DNA of 64,000 bases from Candidatus Nanoarchaeia archaeon (GCA_028715295.1 JAQUSD010000002.1:3385-67384), one strand, 5' to 3'; shown: positions 10,292 through 20,694, numbered from the stretch's first letter. Numbers and translations are program-made. The notes: a model not told the origin generated them from the sequence alone.

Positions 10292-10486
10292 TTAAAGGAA
10301 ATTTTTGTATACTCCACTTCCCACAGTCATGCCATCATCCGTAAACTTTCCCATAGGACTTATCTCCGAATCTTCCATAATTGTTATTGAAATATCATAG
10401 ATTTTCCTGTTCAATTCCGCATTCTTATCAATTTCATCAATTAATTTTTCTATCTCATCAGCAAATTTTTCACTCATGTTTATCAC
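10292..10486 (-). CDS. Hypothetical small acidic protein
   Basis: 64 aa, separated by 1 nt from the next ORF. Confidence 0.25.
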   Translation of the reverse strand: MINMSEKFADEIEKLIDEIDKNAELNRKIYDISITIMEDSEISPMGKFTDDGMTVGSGVYKNFL

Positions 10487-10487
10487 T

Positions 10488-10778
10488 TTATGCCATCTGT
10501 TTTTCCTTTACTTTGTTCTTCAGAAGCTTAATGAATTCTTTTTCTATGTCATTGATCTGTGGTATTTTCGGAGGAAAATCAAAATCCCCAGGCCCTACGG
10601 GCATGTTAGATAAGGGCATCTGTCCCGGCATTCTCGGGGTTAAGGGAAAATCTTCAATATGGTTTCTTGCGTAATCCGGAAAATCGCTAATTTCGTTTGC
10701 CTCCAGGAATTTCTTATCAATTAACTCCTTGTTATTTTCAAGAAATCTTTTGTATTTACTATCTTTTTCTTCTGACAT
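10488..10778 (-). CDS. Hypothetical small protein with a Pro/Gly-rich middle segment
   Basis: 96 aa. Contains 'PRMPGQMPLSNMPVGPGDFDFPPKIP'. Confidence 0.3.
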   Translation of the reverse strand: MSEEKDSKYKRFLENNKELIDKKFLEANEISDFPDYARNHIEDFPLTPRMPGQMPLSNMPVGPGDFDFPPKIPQINDIEKEFIKLLKNKVKEKQMA

Positions 10779-10783
10779 ATTTA

Positions 10784-10945
10784 CACCTTCATTGATTCGC
10801 GGAGTATTTTAATATCAAACTGGTTTCTCATATCAAAGTCTTCTATTGAATCCTTGACACTTGCAATTATTTTATCCCAAAGTTTCCTGTCTTCTTCAGT
10901 AAGATATAACGTTTCTGGTTTATTAATATATGATTCTTTCATTTT
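10784..10945 (-). CDS. Hypothetical small protein, 53 aa (not in the ORF track)
   Basis: Own translation: MKESYINKPETLYLTEEDRKLWDKIIASVKDSIEDFDMRNQFDIKILRESMKV. Fills the gap in the array. Confidence 0.2.
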
Positions 10946-11187
10946 TACCACTTCATATGTGCTTCCAGTATTTCCCTGCTGAACGTTCTCAGTCCTTCAT
11001 ATTTTTTACTATTCTCTTCTACTCTTTTAATTATCTCTGTCCAGTCAATAGGGTTTCTCAGATATTCTTTAAGTAGATAATACTCCCAGGCACAGAGGGA
11101 ATTAGGTTTTGTTGAAAAGTAAGATTCTTTAATTTCTTTTTCAAATTTCACATAGTCATTTTTCATTAGGTTATCTAATTTTTCCAA
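10945..11187 (-). CDS. Hypothetical small protein
   Basis: 80 aa ORF in the small-ORF array. Confidence 0.3.
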   Translation of the reverse strand: MEKLDNLMKNDYVKFEKEIKESYFSTKPNSLCAWEYYLLKEYLRNPIDWTEIIKRVEENSKKYEGLRTFSREILEAHMKW

Positions 11188-11455
11188 AAGTTATTGTTGG
11201 TTTTTTCTCTCCTGGCAATGGCTGTATTCTGTAACCTCCTATTGGCTCTTTATTAGCATCTACAATATCAACAGGCTCTTCAGTTCCAAAAGTCATTTCA
11301 GGTAATCTTTCACCTGGCAATGGCTGTATTCTGTACCCCCCAAGAGGTTCCTCGTCAGGTTTTCTTTCTCCAAGTTCTTTCTGAACTTCTTTTCTTTTTT
11401 CTGCAAATTTATCATCAATTGTTTCCATTTTTACCACCATTGTATTTATTGACAA
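11171..11455 (-). CDS. Hypothetical small protein with an internal tandem repeat (…PLGGYRIQPLPGE… / …PIGGYRIQPLPGE…)
   Basis: 94 aa. Two copies of an ~13-aa motif are visible in the translation. The 5' end overlaps the gatE stop region, so the true start is uncertain. Confidence 0.3.
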   Translation of the reverse strand: MSINTMVVKMETIDDKFAEKRKEVQKELGERKPDEEPLGGYRIQPLPGERLPEMTFGTEEPVDIVDANKEPIGGYRIQPLPGEKKPTITFGKIR

Positions 11456-13274
11456 GTTCTTTCACAATGTCTCCATCAGCTTTTCCCTTAGTTTGCTTCA
11501 TGACTTCCCCCATTATAACATTTATTTTGTCTGTTTTAAGTTTTTTAACTGTTTCTTTAACTATTGTCTCAAGTTCATTCATATCCAGCAAGAACAAGTC
11601 TTTTTTCTTTGCAACTTCTTCTGCTGTCTTGCCTGTTTCAAACATACCTGCAATAACATCTACAATTGTTTTTTTTGAAACACAACCCTCATGAACCAGT
11701 TTAAAAACCGCATTGTAATAATCATCGCTGATTTCCTTTATATCAAGATTATATTTTTTCTTAAGTTCTTTTGGCGTAGAAATTAAAGCGTCTGCAATTA
11801 CACTTGCCTTTATTTTATTGTAATGCTGTACAAATTCCTCAAACTGCATTAAATAAACTGAATGGATTATCTGGGATGCCTGTTCAGGACTGAGTTTGTA
11901 TAATTTAGTGAACCTTTCAAACTTTTTTTCAGGAGACTCAGGAAGTTTTATGTTCTTTAGAAATCCATTTGTTATTACAACAGGAGGCAAATCAGTTTCA
12001 GGATACATTCTTGAACTTCCTGGCATTGGACGAAGATAAGATGAAGTTCCGTCATCATTTGCTTTTCTTACATCTTTTGGAACTCCTTTAACAAACAGAT
12101 TCGCTCTTTCGATCACTGACTTAAGGCATGTTTCAGCAATATTATCATAACCAACTACAAAAAGAAAAGCGTCCATTGATGTGCATTTAAGCTTTTCAGC
12201 AATTTTCTTTTTCTCTTCACTTTTTATACCATAAGCGGGAAGTTCATCAGAGTGTATAACACCCTTTAAACCAAAAAGATTTGCAACATATGCAAATTCT
12301 TTTCCGAATGTTTTCTGCTCCTGTATCTTTAAACCAAGAAGCCCTGCATAACCCTTCATACATATTGCCTTTACTTTCTTGTTTTCTTTTAAAGCATCAA
12401 AAACAAATTTTGCTTCTGTTTTAACTAACAAATCTGTAATATCAACTATTTCAGGATTAATTTTTTTTATTTTCTTTGAAATATCCAACAGAGACAGCTG
12501 TCTTGCAGATTCATTTTTAACAAGCTCAGGTATCATACTCAAATCTTGTGCTCCTTTGATTTCAACCCTGTTTCCTCCTTTTATTGAAACATTCACATCC
12601 TGCCTTATTGTTCCTAAACCACGTTTCACTCTGCCAGTCATTCTCATAAACATGCCTATTTTTTCAGCACATTCCTTTACCTGCTCAGGAGTATGCATGT
12701 CAGGTTCTGTCCTTAATTCAATAAGAGGTATGCCTAGTCTGTCAAGAGAGTACACAACTTTGTTTTCAGTTTCAAAAAGTTTTCTTGCTGCATCTTCTTC
12801 AAGGCACATCTGGTTTACGCGTACTTTTCCAAATGAAGTTTCTATAAAACCATCAGTTGAAACCATTGCTGTTCTCTGAAATCCGGTTGTATTGCTCCCG
12901 TCTACAACTGTTTTTCTCATAACATAAAGCTCATCAACAGGTTTCATATTCATTGCAAGACTAACCTGCATTGCAATATTAAGGGCATCCATGTTCAAGC
13001 CACGAGGGGGTTCTTCATCAATATCTACAAGGCAGTTTACATCTCGGTGAACCTCATATTTGAATACCTTATCTTTCTGCTGTTCAAACTTTGCGGCTGT
13101 ATCAATAACCCCAAGTTCCCCTGCAACAGCCCTCAATTTTCTTGTTATTGTGCTGTATCCTTTTTCATTCACAATTCTTGAAGGACAGTTGCAGAACAGT
13201 TTATGAGTATCCAGCTGCTGGTGAATTTCAAGTCCGACTTTTAAACCCAATCTTTTATAATCCATTTCTTTCAC
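11415..13274 (-). CDS. gatE: Glu-tRNA(Gln) amidotransferase subunit E (GatE, archaeal)
   Basis: 619 aa. N-terminus 'LGLKVGLEIHQQLDTHKLFCNCPS' is GatB/E-like, and the length fits GatE. Sits directly downstream of gatD. Confidence 0.9.
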   Translation of the reverse strand: MKEMDYKRLGLKVGLEIHQQLDTHKLFCNCPSRIVNEKGYSTITRKLRAVAGELGVIDTAAKFEQQKDKVFKYEVHRDVNCLVDIDEEPPRGLNMDALNIAMQVSLAMNMKPVDELYVMRKTVVDGSNTTGFQRTAMVSTDGFIETSFGKVRVNQMCLEEDAARKLFETENKVVYSLDRLGIPLIELRTEPDMHTPEQVKECAEKIGMFMRMTGRVKRGLGTIRQDVNVSIKGGNRVEIKGAQDLSMIPELVKNESARQLSLLDISKKIKKINPEIVDITDLLVKTEAKFVFDALKENKKVKAICMKGYAGLLGLKIQEQKTFGKEFAYVANLFGLKGVIHSDELPAYGIKSEEKKKIAEKLKCTSMDAFLFVVGYDNIAETCLKSVIERANLFVKGVPKDVRKANDDGTSSYLRPMPGSSRMYPETDLPPVVITNGFLKNIKLPESPEKKFERFTKLYKLSPEQASQIIHSVYLMQFEEFVQHYNKIKASVIADALISTPKELKKKYNLDIKEISDDYYNAVFKLVHEGCVSKKTIVDVIAGMFETGKTAEEVAKKKDLFLLDMNELETIVKETVKKLKTDKINVIMGEVMKQTKGKADGDIVKELVNKYNGGKNGNN

Positions 13275-13313
13275 CTTTTTTCTGTTTTTTATTCATTCTG
13301 ACTTTTAAATTTA

Positions 13314-14609
13314 TCACTCCAAAAATGTGCTGTAAAGAGTTCTCTTTGTAATCTCTCCAGCCATGTTTGTAAGCATCATATTTTTTATATTGCTGTGTTC
13401 CTGTTCGTGCCCCATCACCCAGCCAAGCTTTACATAAGCTGTTTCAGGAAGCATGTCTTCAAGATGAACAGCACCTGCGTTTGCAAGAACTCTTAAGTTT
13501 CTGTAAACATAAGGATTTGTTCTTCCGTAGATGGTCTGTCCTGTTATCCCTATAAACATATCTTTTGATGCTTTCTTAATAATTGGTATCCACGAAGCTT
13601 TTCTTTTCAGTGTTTCTGTTGGAACATGTCCAAATGCAGTTGCCTCAATTACAACCCCTTTATATCCTGATTCAAGATAATGACTGAGTATTTCAGGACT
13701 GCTCCCAGGGAAAACCTTAAGTAGAGAAACTTTTTTTTCAAATTTAACATCTGCCTTTACTTTTTCATCCCTGAACTTAGTGTGGTTTTTATCAACAACT
13801 TCCATTTTTCCATCAGTCCATATTTTAGCAAGAGGCAAATCATTTACTGGACGGAAAGCATTTCTCATGGATGAATGCATTTTTCTTACTTTTGTTCCCT
13901 GTATTGCAAAGCAGTAGGAATCATCTGTTTCAGCATGCATAACAACAGCAACTTCTCCTAAATCAGATTTTGTATAATGTCCTGCACATAAAAGGTTCAT
14001 TGCTCCATCAAATGAACCTCTGTCAGGACTTCTCTGCGCTCCGACTATTGCAACAGGTTTTGAAAGATTTTTAAGCATGAACGAAAGTGCTGCACTTGTA
14101 TAATGGAGAGTATCTGTTCCATGTGTGATTATAACTCCTCTTGAACCTGAATTAAGTTCCTTTGCAGTTTCTTTTGCAAGAACCGCCCATTCATCAGGAG
14201 TCATATCCTCGCTTGCTATTGCAAAAGGAGATGAAATTTTTTTGAGATTTATGATGTCAGCAAGTTCCGGCACTGTAAAAAGCAGTTCTTCTGGTTTTAC
14301 AGACATATAAACTCCGCCAGTAGTGTAGTCCACTCTTGCACCAATTGTTCCTCCAGTTGCTATCATGGAAACATCAGGAAGATTTTTGCTGTGCTTTACT
14401 TTAAAACTCTGGAAAGATTCCAGTTTTACTGCTTTTCCTAATTTTTTTGATTTTATTATATTTGAAAGCTTTATGCCTATATTATAACCATTGTCAAGTT
14501 TAAGCATAATATATCCCTTGTCAGAAAACTCAGAACGAGGCAGAACCAGTCCTTCAAAATTTCCTTTTTTAGTTTCCAGGAGAACTCTTTCTCCAGATTT
14601 GAATTCCAT
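13314..14609 (-). CDS. gatD: Glu-tRNA(Gln) amidotransferase subunit D (GatD, asparaginase-like)
   Basis: 431 aa. 'IATGGTIGARVD' matches the asparaginase Thr motif, and the protein has an N-terminal extra region. Confidence 0.9.
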   Translation of the reverse strand: MEFKSGERVLLETKKGNFEGLVLPRSEFSDKGYIMLKLDNGYNIGIKLSNIIKSKKLGKAVKLESFQSFKVKHSKNLPDVSMIATGGTIGARVDYTTGGVYMSVKPEELLFTVPELADIINLKKISSPFAIASEDMTPDEWAVLAKETAKELNSGSRGVIITHGTDTLHYTSAALSFMLKNLSKPVAIVGAQRSPDRGSFDGAMNLLCAGHYTKSDLGEVAVVMHAETDDSYCFAIQGTKVRKMHSSMRNAFRPVNDLPLAKIWTDGKMEVVDKNHTKFRDEKVKADVKFEKKVSLLKVFPGSSPEILSHYLESGYKGVVIEATAFGHVPTETLKRKASWIPIIKKASKDMFIGITGQTIYGRTNPYVYRNLRVLANAGAVHLEDMLPETAYVKLGWVMGHEQEHSNIKNMMLTNMAGEITKRTLYSTFLE

Positions 14610-14672
14610 GGATAAAGTAAGAAGTATAGTATATTTAATTCTTATTATGCTGATGAAATAATTTTATAAATA

Positions 14673-15032
14673 TTGACTTTTCTTTTTTATATAATGGTAC
14701 CATCTTATTTGCAAAGCATAAATAATAAACTTAGTGGAGTAAAAGAGTATGTAGATGAAAGAAATAAAATAAACAAAGCTGTTTTCCATGACAATGAGTA
14801 TTTAAGATATCTTGCAAGGATTAGTATTAATGCGGGATTTATGGGTACAATGTTAACAAGTTACTTATCAAATACAAACAATAATGCACTGGAAAATTCT
14901 GAGATTTTAATAGGTTCACTTTGCGGTTTTATGAGTGTATGCTTATTAAGGGATATTTGTATGGCCTTTGGTGTAGCTGGCAAATGGGAAAAACAACTTA
15001 AGGAAAACAAAGAACTTAGCGACAAACTTTAA
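14673..15032 (+). CDS. Hypothetical small membrane protein
   Basis: 119 aa with hydrophobic segments. Confidence 0.3.
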   Translation: MTFLFYIMVPSYLQSINNKLSGVKEYVDERNKINKAVFHDNEYLRYLARISINAGFMGTMLTSYLSNTNNNALENSEILIGSLCGFMSVCLLRDICMAFGVAGKWEKQLKENKELSDKL

Positions 15033-15232
15033 GAAATTTTTAATTTATTCTCTGAACTTTAAATTAACGGTTTAATCTTATCAAAAAATATATAAGTGAG
15101 TGAAGAATATAAGAATATTGGGTTGTACTGGGCTTATGTTGAACTACTAATGGGTTTCTTAACTTTCTATTCGTTCTAAACCGAACATAAACAACTCAAA
15201 TATTTAATTGTTTCGGTAAAAGGTGGAAAGAA

Positions 15233-16306
15233 ATGGACTTTATCATAAAAGATGCATTGAAAGCTTCCGAGAATATAAACTGGGAAGAAGGACTAGCCGG
15301 ACAGGCAAAGATAAAAGTAATAGGTGCAGGCGGAGCTGGAAACAATATGGCTGACTGGCTCTACAGAAAAGGTGTAAGAGGGGCTGAAATAGTTGCAGTC
15401 AATACAGATACACAGCACCTTGAGGCAAGAGAAGCAGATAAAAAACTGCTTATTGGAAAAGATTTATGCAGAGGACTTGGATGCGGGGGTTTCCCTGAAA
15501 AAGGTTCAGAAGCTGCAAGAGAAAGTCTTCAGGAAATAAAAGAGATGCTTAAAGGAACAGATATGCTTTTCCTTATGGCAGGGCTTGGTGGAGGCACTGG
15601 TACTGGTTCAGCTGCTGAAGTAGCTAGTGTGGCTAAAGATGCGGGTGCTATTGTTATCGGGGTAGTCACTATGCCTTTCAAGTTGGAAAGGGCAAGAATA
15701 GACAAAGCAGAATGGGGACTTCAAAAATTAAGACAGGTTGCAGATACTGTAATAGTTATTGACAACAATCGTCTTATTGACTTAGCAGGGAATCTTCCAA
15801 TACAGCAGGCTTTTTCAGTTGCGAATGAACTTGTTGCAACAATGATAAAAGGGATTGTTGAAACAATAGCTGTGCCTAGTTTAGTAAATCTGGACTTTGC
15901 GGATGTTAAGGCAACAATGAAAGAAGGTGGAGTTTCTGTTATAGGCGTTGGGGAATCTGACAGCGAAAGAAGAGTTGAAGAAGCTGTTTCAAAAGCTTTG
16001 AATAATCCTTTGCTTGATGTTGATTACAAAGGCGCACATGGGGCTCTTCTCCATATAACAGGTGGTCCGGACATGACTCTTGAAGAAGTCAGTAAAATAG
16101 GAGAAACTGTTTCAGGCACTCTTGATGCAGATGCACAAGTAATATGGGGTGCCAGAATTGCAGAAGAAATGGCTGGAAGAATAAGAGTTATGACAATAAT
16201 AACCGGAGTACGCTCTCCTTTTATTCTTGGTCCAACAACACATACAGAACAGAAGAAGCGCGCTGCTGAAGTCAGCGAGGAACTTGGAATTAGGATGCTT
16301 ATTTAA
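15233..16306 (+). CDS. ftsZ: Cell division GTPase FtsZ
   Basis: 357 aa. Tubulin signature 'GGGTGTG' and the 'GAGGAGNN' loop. Confidence 0.9.
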   Translation: MDFIIKDALKASENINWEEGLAGQAKIKVIGAGGAGNNMADWLYRKGVRGAEIVAVNTDTQHLEAREADKKLLIGKDLCRGLGCGGFPEKGSEAARESLQEIKEMLKGTDMLFLMAGLGGGTGTGSAAEVASVAKDAGAIVIGVVTMPFKLERARIDKAEWGLQKLRQVADTVIVIDNNRLIDLAGNLPIQQAFSVANELVATMIKGIVETIAVPSLVNLDFADVKATMKEGGVSVIGVGESDSERRVEEAVSKALNNPLLDVDYKGAHGALLHITGGPDMTLEEVSKIGETVSGTLDADAQVIWGARIAEEMAGRIRVMTIITGVRSPFILGPTTHTEQKKRAAEVSEELGIRMLI

Positions 16307-16336
16307 GCATCTTTTTCTTTTATTTTTATTAATTTT

Positions 16337-16372
16337 CAGAAACCTAGTTTCTAAAAGTTTTTTTCTTTTTTA
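16337..16372 (+). terminator. Short hairpin (AGAAAC/GTTTCT) followed by a T-run, downstream of ftsZ
   Basis: Seen in the sequence 30 nt after the ftsZ stop. Archaeal terminators are T-rich tracts. Confidence 0.35.
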
Positions 16373-16413
16373 ATCATACTTTCGAAATTCTAATGACATT
16401 TCAAAAGTTTTTT

Positions 16414-16749
16414 CTATTTTTTTAGATAAGTCAGATTTTTATACCATTCATTTAATCTTTGAGTAGCATGTATTAATGCTTCTTCCATTGTTGTTTCTTT
16501 ACTTCTAAATATCTTATATGCTTCTAATAATTCTTCAGGAGTCGCTTCTGTATCAAATCCAGACATAAGAAATTTCAATAACAACTTATTGTAAGGAGCA
16601 TAAAAAAATCCGTCTCCAACAATGTGTTCTGTGTCCATTTCTTCAACCTGAAATATGGGCAATACCATATTTGGTTTTAGTATCTGTTCAATTTTTTGTT
16701 TAGCATCTTCAAAGTTTTTAACTAAATCCCCAATATTCATATCAAGCAT
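16414..16749 (-). CDS. Hypothetical protein
   Basis: 111 aa ORF with no recognisable motif. Confidence 0.3.
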   Translation of the reverse strand: MLDMNIGDLVKNFEDAKQKIEQILKPNMVLPIFQVEEMDTEHIVGDGFFYAPYNKLLLKFLMSGFDTEATPEELLEAYKIFRSKETTMEEALIHATQRLNEWYKNLTYLKK

Positions 16750-16780
16750 TTAATTAAACAATTAATTTAAAATTATTGTT

Positions 16781-17347
16781 CTATTTGTAAATTTTAGGTT
16801 TTTTCTTAAGTTTTGAGAAATATTCATCAAAGAAAACCATTTCCCTTAAATCCTTTCTTATTGGTGCGGGAGGTTTTTCAGCAGGATAGCCAAGCGCAAT
16901 TATGCTTATAACCTTAGCTTCATCAGAAGGTATATCCAATATCCGGTTTATCTTTTCATGGTCAAACATTCCCCCAACCCAACATGTAGCAAGTCCAAGG
17001 TTATGCGCTGCAAGCATCATATTCTGTATCGCTGCTGAACAATCCATGTAAGTATATTTTTCCAAACCTTCTTTGCCGTATAATATCCCTAATCTTTTAA
17101 ATGAAGAGCAAACTGCAATGAGTATGGGTGCTTTTGACATCCAATGCTGTTCCATACATGCTTTTGCAATTTCTTCCTTCTGCTTTGAATTTCTTATAAT
17201 AATAAATATCCCGTCCTGAACATTACCTGCAGAAGGGGCCCACCTTGCAGATTCAAGAACCTGAACAAGTTCTTTTTCAGGAACCATTTTTGAAATAAAC
17301 CTTCTGACAGAACGCCTTGTTTTTATTGCCTTGAAAACATCCATCAA
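16781..17347 (-). CDS. Nitroreductase-family flavoprotein
   Basis: 188 aa. 'IKTRRSVRRF' is the N-terminal nitroreductase signature. Confidence 0.6.
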   Translation of the reverse strand: MMDVFKAIKTRRSVRRFISKMVPEKELVQVLESARWAPSAGNVQDGIFIIIRNSKQKEEIAKACMEQHWMSKAPILIAVCSSFKRLGILYGKEGLEKYTYMDCSAAIQNMMLAAHNLGLATCWVGGMFDHEKINRILDIPSDEAKVISIIALGYPAEKPPAPIRKDLREMVFFDEYFSKLKKKPKIYK

Positions 17348-17399
17348 ATATCCACCTTTATGAAAATTTATATAGTTAATACAAATATTATATCCTCAT

Positions 17400-19067
17400 A
17401 TGGATTATTTAAAACTTGCCGAATTGAATGAAAAGTTAGAATCAACAAGCAAAAGACTTGAGCAGACTTCTCTTATTACTGAATTCATTAAATCTGCATC
17501 AAAAGAAAATCTAAGACCTGTAGTTCTTATGGTTTTAGGAAATGTTTACCCTTCGTACAGCAGGAAAAAAATAGGCATTGCAGATAAAATTATGATTAAA
17601 GCGATAGCATCAACCTCTGGAAGAAGCGAAAAGGAAATTGTTAAGATTTTTAAAAAAACAGGAGATTTAGGTGCTGTTGCTGAACAGGTTCTTAAGGATA
17701 AAAAACAGGCCACACTGTTCTCAAAAAAGCTTAGTATCTCAGATGTATTTGAAGATATTAAAAAAATAGCTGATTTTGAAGGCAAAGGAACTGTTGATAA
17801 AAAAATAAGTATAATAAAAAAGCTTCTTGCAAATGCATCGCCTGTTGAGGCAAAACATATAGCAAGGCTTGTCATAGGAACAACAAGGATGGGGGTTGGA
17901 GAAGGAATTGTAAGGGATGCTATTGCAGGAGCATTTAATGTTGATTCAAAAAAAGTTGAGAATGCTGAAAATATACTAAATGATTATGGGGGGGTTGCAG
18001 AAATTGCAAAGTTGGAAGGTGATAAAGGGCTTGAAAGCATTAAGCTGGAACTTTTTAAACCTTCCAAAGTGCTTCTTGCACAGAGGGTTGAAAGTATTGA
18101 AGAGCTTTTTAAAAGAACAGGAGAACCTGCTGATTTAGAGTATAAATATGATGGTTTTAGGGTTTTAATACACAAAAAAGGCGATAAAGTTAAGTTATTT
18201 ACACGAAGGCTTGAAGATGTAACAAAGCAATTTCCTGACGTTGTTGAGTATTCAAACAAATATATCAAAGACAGCAGGTGTATAATGGACAGTGAGGTAA
18301 TAGGGATTGAGCCTAAGACGGGCAGATGGCTTCCGTTTCAGAAAATCTCGCAGAGGATTAAGAGGAAGTATGATATTAAAAAAATAGTAAAGGAGATACC
18401 TGTTATAGTTAATGTTTTTGATGTCCTTATGATTAATGGAAAAAGTCTTTTGAAGACTCCGCTTAAAGAAAGAATAAAGTTAATTGAAGAGAATATAACT
18501 CAGGAAAAAAACCGGTTTGTCATTGCAAAGAGAATTATAAGTTCTGATGAAAAAGAAGTCAGGAAGTTTTTTATGGAGTCTCTCGCACTTGGTAATGAAG
18601 GGATTATGGGCAAGAACTTAAATTCAATTTATGAGCCTGGACTAAGAGTAGGGTATTGGGTAAAATTAAAACCTGCAATGGAACCACTGGATTTAGCAAT
18701 AACAGGTGCTGACTGGGGGAAAGGAAAAAGAGCTCAGTGGCTTGCTTCATTTGATATTTCATGCAGAAAACAAGATGAATTTAAAAGAATAGGGAAAATG
18801 GGTACCGGACTCACTGATGAGAACTTCAAAAAACTTACAAAAGAACTGAAACCTTATATAATAAGAGAAAAAGGAACCCATGTGGACATAATTCCTAAGA
18901 TTGTTGTTGAAGTAGGTTATGAAGAAATACAGGAGTCGCCGACATATGAATCAGGATATGCTTTAAGGTTCCCAAAACTGCTCCAGATAAGATATGAAAA
19001 GGATGTGTCGGAAGTTGATGATATTGAAAAGATAAAAAGTCTTTATAGCCACCAAAGAGGAAAATAA
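17400..19067 (+). CDS. lig: ATP-dependent DNA ligase
   Basis: 555 aa. Adenylation motif 'EYKYDGFR' (KxDGxR) and the typical archaeal Lig length. Confidence 0.9.
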   Translation: MDYLKLAELNEKLESTSKRLEQTSLITEFIKSASKENLRPVVLMVLGNVYPSYSRKKIGIADKIMIKAIASTSGRSEKEIVKIFKKTGDLGAVAEQVLKDKKQATLFSKKLSISDVFEDIKKIADFEGKGTVDKKISIIKKLLANASPVEAKHIARLVIGTTRMGVGEGIVRDAIAGAFNVDSKKVENAENILNDYGGVAEIAKLEGDKGLESIKLELFKPSKVLLAQRVESIEELFKRTGEPADLEYKYDGFRVLIHKKGDKVKLFTRRLEDVTKQFPDVVEYSNKYIKDSRCIMDSEVIGIEPKTGRWLPFQKISQRIKRKYDIKKIVKEIPVIVNVFDVLMINGKSLLKTPLKERIKLIEENITQEKNRFVIAKRIISSDEKEVRKFFMESLALGNEGIMGKNLNSIYEPGLRVGYWVKLKPAMEPLDLAITGADWGKGKRAQWLASFDISCRKQDEFKRIGKMGTGLTDENFKKLTKELKPYIIREKGTHVDIIPKIVVEVGYEEIQESPTYESGYALRFPKLLQIRYEKDVSEVDDIEKIKSLYSHQRGK

Positions 19068-19117
19068 GGGTTCTTATAGTAAGTTTTATAAACCATCTTG
19101 TAATTAGAAAAGTAATA

Positions 19118-19471
19118 ATGGTAAAGAGAACTGGACCTACTGATGTGAATCTTAGGAAGCTTGTTTCAGAACTTAACAAAACAAAAACCAAATTCTGGAA
19201 AAGAATAGCTGAAGATTTGATGAAACCAAGAAGACAAAGAAGACAGGTAAATATTTCACATATAAACAGGTTTACTGAGAAGGGTGAAACAGTTGTTGTT
19301 CCTGGAAAGGTTCTTTCTTCAGGAAGCCTCAAGCATGCAATAAATGTTGCTGCGTGGCAGTTTTCTGCTTCTGCTGAAAAGAAAATAAAGGATGCAGATG
19401 GAAAGGCTTTAAAAATTGAGACTCTTGTTAAAGAAAATCCAAAAGCAAAAAAATTAAGGATAATCGGGTAA
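19118..19471 (+). CDS. rpl18e: Ribosomal protein L18e
   Basis: 117 aa. 'VKRTGPTDVNLRKLVSELNKT...PRRQRRQVNISHINRFT' matches the archaeal L18e pattern. Precedes L13, as in the conserved cluster. Confidence 0.75.
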   Translation: MVKRTGPTDVNLRKLVSELNKTKTKFWKRIAEDLMKPRRQRRQVNISHINRFTEKGETVVVPGKVLSSGSLKHAINVAAWQFSASAEKKIKDADGKALKIETLVKENPKAKKLRIIG

Positions 19472-19472
19472 A

Positions 19473-19892
19473 ATGAAAGTCATAAATGCTGAAAATCAGG
19501 TTATGGGAAGGCTTGCTGCAAAAGTTGCAAAGCTTGCGCTTGAAGGCGAAACAGTAAGGGTAGTTAATTCTGAAAAAGCAATAATAACTGGAAGAAAAGA
19601 ACAGATTTTCCAGAAATATCATCAGAGGAGGATAAGAGGAGAACCTCATCATGGTCCTAAATTTCCAAGAAAAGCTGACAGACTTATGAAAAGAGCAATA
19701 AGAGGCATGATTGGATACAAATCTGCAAAAGGAAGGGAAGCGTTCAAAAAAATAAAGACTTATATTGGAATCCCTGAAGAGTTTAAGTCTGAGAAAATGG
19801 AATCATTTCAAAAGGCAAATATGACAAAACTTAAAACTATAAAATATATCACTGTTGGTGAATTATCTAAATGGCTGGGTTCAAAATGGTAG
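19473..19892 (+). CDS. rpl13: Ribosomal protein L13
   Basis: 139 aa. Begins 'MKVINAENQVMGRLAAKVAKL'. Confidence 0.85.
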   Translation: MKVINAENQVMGRLAAKVAKLALEGETVRVVNSEKAIITGRKEQIFQKYHQRRIRGEPHHGPKFPRKADRLMKRAIRGMIGYKSAKGREAFKKIKTYIGIPEEFKSEKMESFQKANMTKLKTIKYITVGELSKWLGSKW

Positions 19893-20296
19893 ACAAAAAA
19901 AATATTGTTGTAAGTGGTAAGAGGAAAACCTCAATAGCAAGAGGCTATATTACAGAAGGTACTGGAGTAGTAAGAATCAATAAAATTAATATTAATAATT
20001 ACGGTTCAGAGATTTCAAGAGAAAAAATAAAAGAGCCTCTTATAATTGCAGGAGACAGTATTGCAAAAAAAGTGAATATCACTGTTACTGTAAAAGGTGG
20101 GGGTAGTGAATCACAGGCTGATGCAGCAAGAATAGTTGTTGCTAAACTGCTTATTGAACACACTGGAAGCAAAGAACTTAAGGAAAAGTATTTTAATTAT
20201 GATAAACACATGCTTGTAGCAGATACAAGGAGAACCGAGCCTCAGAAACCCTACCGTTCTTCAGCAAGAAGTATGAGGCAGACAAGTAAAAGGTGA
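19886..20296 (+). CDS. rps9: Ribosomal protein S9
   Basis: C-terminus '..RRTEPQKPYRSSARSMRQTSKR'. Start moved to the internal ATG (MVDKK..) because the track ORF overlaps L13. Confidence 0.85.
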   Translation: MVDKKNIVVSGKRKTSIARGYITEGTGVVRINKININNYGSEISREKIKEPLIIAGDSIAKKVNITVTVKGGGSESQADAARIVVAKLLIEHTGSKELKEKYFNYDKHMLVADTRRTEPQKPYRSSARSMRQTSKR

Positions 20297-20303
20297 TTAA
20301 AAA

Positions 20304-20498
20304 ATGATAATACCAATGAGATGTTTTACATGCGGAAAACCAGTTTCCCATCTTTGGGAAAAATACGTTGAAAAAGTTGAAAAAGGTGAGGAGAGAAAAA
20401 AAGTTCTTGATGAATTGGGACTTAACAGATACTGTTGCAGAATGCTTTTCCTCGGACATATTGAACTTGATGAAGTTTCTCAGTTCAAAAATATATAA
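20304..20498 (+). CDS. rpoN: RNA polymerase subunit N (Rpo10)
   Basis: 64 aa. 'MIIPMRCFTCGK...YCCRRM' is the zinc-bundle signature. Confidence 0.8.
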   Translation: MIIPMRCFTCGKPVSHLWEKYVEKVEKGEERKKVLDELGLNRYCCRMLFLGHIELDEVSQFKNI

Positions 20499-20694
20499 AT
20501 TCAGCAGTATAACATTTCCCGAACTGATTTAGCGCTTATTTTCCTAATAGAAAACTATAAAAATACCGACATTAATATAATTATTCACCGGAGGGAAGAA
20601 GGGGAAACCCTTCAATTTTATTTTTTGTTGTTTTATTTTTTTAGGGTTTTTAGGGATTTTTAAAATTAAAAAATAAACAAAGCTAATCACAATA

